Source: Tricharina praecox
Lineage: Eukaryota
Assembly: GCF_024521635.1 (NCBI RefSeq)
Contig: NW_026250425.1
Location: 558,001 to 622,000 of the forward strand
Reading direction: 5' to 3'
Length of the DNA stretch: 64,000 bases
The notes under the pieces were generated by a model. The model did no database searches and was not told where the DNA came from. It saw only the letters and a program-made list of their open reading frames with translations. Shown here one piece after another: positions 60,708 through 64,000 of the stretch. A program made the position numbers and the translations under genes. Numbering within the stretch: the stretch's first letter is position 1; each line of letters starts with the position of its first letter.

Positions 60708-63700
60708 ATGGACGATGACGCTCCCACCACCAACTTCGATCTGATCGAAGGGCACAAGGAAAACATTCAGCCCATCCGTTCCGGACGGTCAGCTCGAGCC
60801 CTGGCCGCCTCCTTGTCACCTCTCACATCCAAGCCTCACGCAATGCGATCCGAGCACCGAGCCCGCCAGGACGAGTTCGAGGAGGAACTCACGACTGCTG
60901 CGGAACTCGACGATCCTCTCGAAGTCTGGCTGCGATACATCAACTGGACGGTGGAGACATTCACGTCAGGACACTCCGCCGACTCGGGGCTCTTGCAATT
61001 GCTGGAGCGTGCGACAAAGGAGTTTATACACGACAATCAATACAAGAACGATCCGCGGTACCTCAAGCTCTGGGTGCAGTATGCTCAGGACTACTCGGAC
61101 ACCCCAAGAGAAGTGTATGCCTACCTAGCACGTAACGAAGTGGGCCAACGGCTGGCACTATTCTACGAGGAGTACGCTGCTCTATTGGAGTCTCTAGGTA
61201 GAAGGAACCAGGCGGACGAGATCTACCAGATGGGAATCGACGCCAATGCGAATCCTATCAAGCGACTGCAGCGGAAATACGACGAATTCCTGCAGCGGAT
61301 GGCGGCGAACCCACCCAACGACGATGAACCGTCCTCCCCCGCCCTGCCGACGGTGAGACCGGCGCTCGCTGCCAAGCAGTTGGGCGGATTGGTGGCCAGT
61401 GGAGGCCTCGGCGGCACTCCCGACCCCCAGGTGCCGCCCCAATCTGCCGCGAACAAGCCCGCAAAGATGAAGATGGCGATTTTCTCCGATGCGGACGCAC
61501 CTTCGGCGGAGAAATCGACCCCTGCGCGAGCGACTGGTGGATGGGACAACATCGGGACTCTTCACCACCGCAAGAAGGAGAATGAAATTGAGGCGAAGCC
61601 GTGGGCTGGGGAAACATTGAAGTCTCATGGAAAGGCGCCTACAACTGACAAGTTGACGGTGTTCAGAGATACTGTAAGTTATCCTTCGACCTCTCTTCAC
61701 CTCCCCTCTCTCTCCTTCTCTTCCTCTATCCAACTGGGCGATTCGGTATTTCTCATGTTGTCCGGAGTAGAACTAATTCCATGGCATTTACCATTTCTCG
61801 ACTTGGCATGTATCAGTCTCAAATGTCACACATTACTTCCTTGTCAAATACAATGCCAGTGCCAGGCAAGCGGCCTGAACGTATAGCCGTCGTGCTTGAA
61901 CTAGTTTACCCACCGGAAGAAGAAGGGGATGAGTATTCATTTGATGAGTTGCGAGCGAAGAGCAGAGGTTTGTACGGAATTGATTGGAATGAGCATCGGC
62001 AGGCGGCGGCAGCGGAGCGGAACCAGCGGCGGCGACCGCTGGAGGGAAGCAGAACTCCAGTAAAAATCAAAACTGTACTATCCCCATCTCCCAATAAAGG
62101 CAAAGTTCGTCGGAAAGGACGGCAGACAACAACGGCGGCAGTGTCTTCAAGCCCAACAATGACTTTCCATACAAAAGCGGCGACAGACGAAATCTACGGC
62201 ATATTCAACCAACCACTGAAACTGCAACCAAAGGATCCCGATAGTCAGGAGAGCGATGGGACAGACTTCGGTGAGGAGAGCGAGGGCGATTATACCACCA
62301 CGAGCATGGTTGATACAAACAGGACGGTACACCAGGAGGATGACGACGACGACGATGCCGCAAGTGTCCGCAGTGACTGGTCCGACTTCAACCTCGCGCA
62401 GAACATGGCCAAGCCCTCCGACGAGGACGCGGACGAGGGCGAAGACGAAGACGAAGACATGGGCGAGGGTGACACATTTGCGGTTCCGGAGCCGCGGGCA
62501 CCGGTAGTCAAAATGCAGAAGCTGTCCATCTTCTCCGACGAGCCTGGCCTGGCCAAAGCGCAGCAAGCGCGGCGGCTGCAGATTCCGGAGCCGCCGGATG
62601 ATTTCAATCCTCCCACGCTGCCGTACCATATTGCAAAAGACCAGTCCCACATGCAGAGCCGCCTGCCGTACATGACCCCAATCGTTGAGAGAACAGAGTC
62701 ACTTCCTGGCACGCTGGGCCGTAGCAGGGCGCTGCAGCCGAAAACTCCCAGTCGGGGCGCCATGCCTGTCATCGACGACGATGACGACGACGAGGACGAT
62801 GACATGATGGGTGGTAGTCCATTTGACGAGGCGCCGCGCGAAAACCGGAGGACGCCTCTGGCGGCGATCCAGAAACAATTACCACTTCAACCCAAGTCGC
62901 AGCTGCAGCCTGTGGCGGTGGTGCGGCGGAGGGAGAAAGTGCTCGAGCAAGGCCCCGTCGTCGACGACAAGGTTTGCAATCCCATGGATGAAGGCATGCG
63001 AGCCCTGATATGGCAAAAACTGGATCCGCCCCTCAAGACTTACGACGGGTATTACGAGTTTCCGACGACGAACTCGGGCCGTGCTGCGGAGATCAAGCGG
63101 TTCACTAAGACTATGGCGAAGCGGGATGGCGGTGGAGCTACCGGCGGCGTCCCGGAGAACCCGGCGCTCGAGTTCTTCGTCAATGAAGGTGGGAGGCAAT
63201 ACATAGTCAAGAGGGAGTTGGGCAAGGGCGCATTCGCCCCCGTCTACCTGGTCGAGAATATCAGCGTGGCCGACTTGGAAGAAGAGGCTGAGGAAGACGG
63301 GCTCGGCAAGGAAGAGCTCGAGCGACAGCTTGCGGAACTAAAGCTTGCCGGGCGAAAGAAATACGAGGCGCTCAAGATGGAGCATCCTCCTAATCCTTGG
63401 GAGTTCTACATCATCAAGCAGGCGGAGCGACGACTGCGGAATACCAGGGCCGTTGAGTCCATCGTGAAGGCGCACGAGATGCATTTATTTAAGGACGAGG
63501 GCTTTCTCCTCCTCGAGTACCGCGACCAGGGCACCATCTTGGACCTAGTGAACCACGCGCGATCCGAGGCTGGCGGAACCGGCGTGATGGACGAGCTCCT
63601 AGTGATGTTCCTGACCGTCGAGCTTCTGCGGGTGACCGAGAGCCTACACGCGCAATTACTCATCCACGGCGACATCAAAGCGGACAACTGTCTAGTGCGC

Positions 63701-64000
63701 TTCGACGCGATCGCGGACAACCTGTGGTCATCGCGGTACGAGCCCTCGGGCTCCGGCGGGTGGTCGGCGAAGGGCGTCACGTTCATCGACTTCGGCCGCG
63801 GCATCGACATGAAACTGTTCCACCCCAGTGTCCAGTTCATCGCCGACTGGAAGACGGACCAGCAGGACTGCGCGGAAATGCGGGAGCTAAGGCCGTGGAC
63901 CTTCCAGGTCGACTATCACGGCATCGCCGCGGTCATACACTCTATGCTCTTTGGGAAATACATCCAGACCGCCGCTGAACGCTCCGGCCTCCCCGGCGGC
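60708..64000 (+). CDS. BUB1: Spindle checkpoint kinase, combined Bub1/BubR1(Mad3) type; truncated by the window end
   Basis: KEN box HKENIQP, TPR region YKNDPRYLKLW, second KEN (KKENE), intron 61674-61816, GLEBS motif EYSFDELRA, CD1 SPTMTFHTK, and kinase motifs LGKGAFA, HGDIKADN, IDFGRG. Confidence 0.96.

Overview
Eukaryotic, intron-containing filamentous-ascomycete DNA. It has short GT-AG introns with CTRAC-type branch points and high GC3; a Pezizomycetes-like origin is inferred, not shown. About 24 protein-coding loci are supported. Conserved genes: type-B carboxylesterase, mitochondrial 1-Cys peroxiredoxin, GPI8, two F-box proteins, VPS71/SWC6, MON1, YqjM-like old yellow enzyme, UBR1, PYM/WIBG, PHB2, MNR2-like CorA transporter, a TPT-family nucleotide-sugar transporter and BUB1/BUBR1 (runs off the right edge). 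Between these lie small, poorly characterised genes: a pair of paralogous secreted six-cysteine peptides (one split by a +1 indel in a C6 run), a UIM + minimal RING protein, a 57-aa Cys/His peptide ending in CaaX, a Gly/Met/Cys-rich protein, a 59-aa tail-anchored micro-ORF missed by the ORF track, and a decayed fasciclin-like remnant with a minisatellite at the left edge. No rRNA, tRNA, CRISPR or intact transposon was seen. Exon boundaries were read by eye and family calls come from remembered motifs, not database searches.
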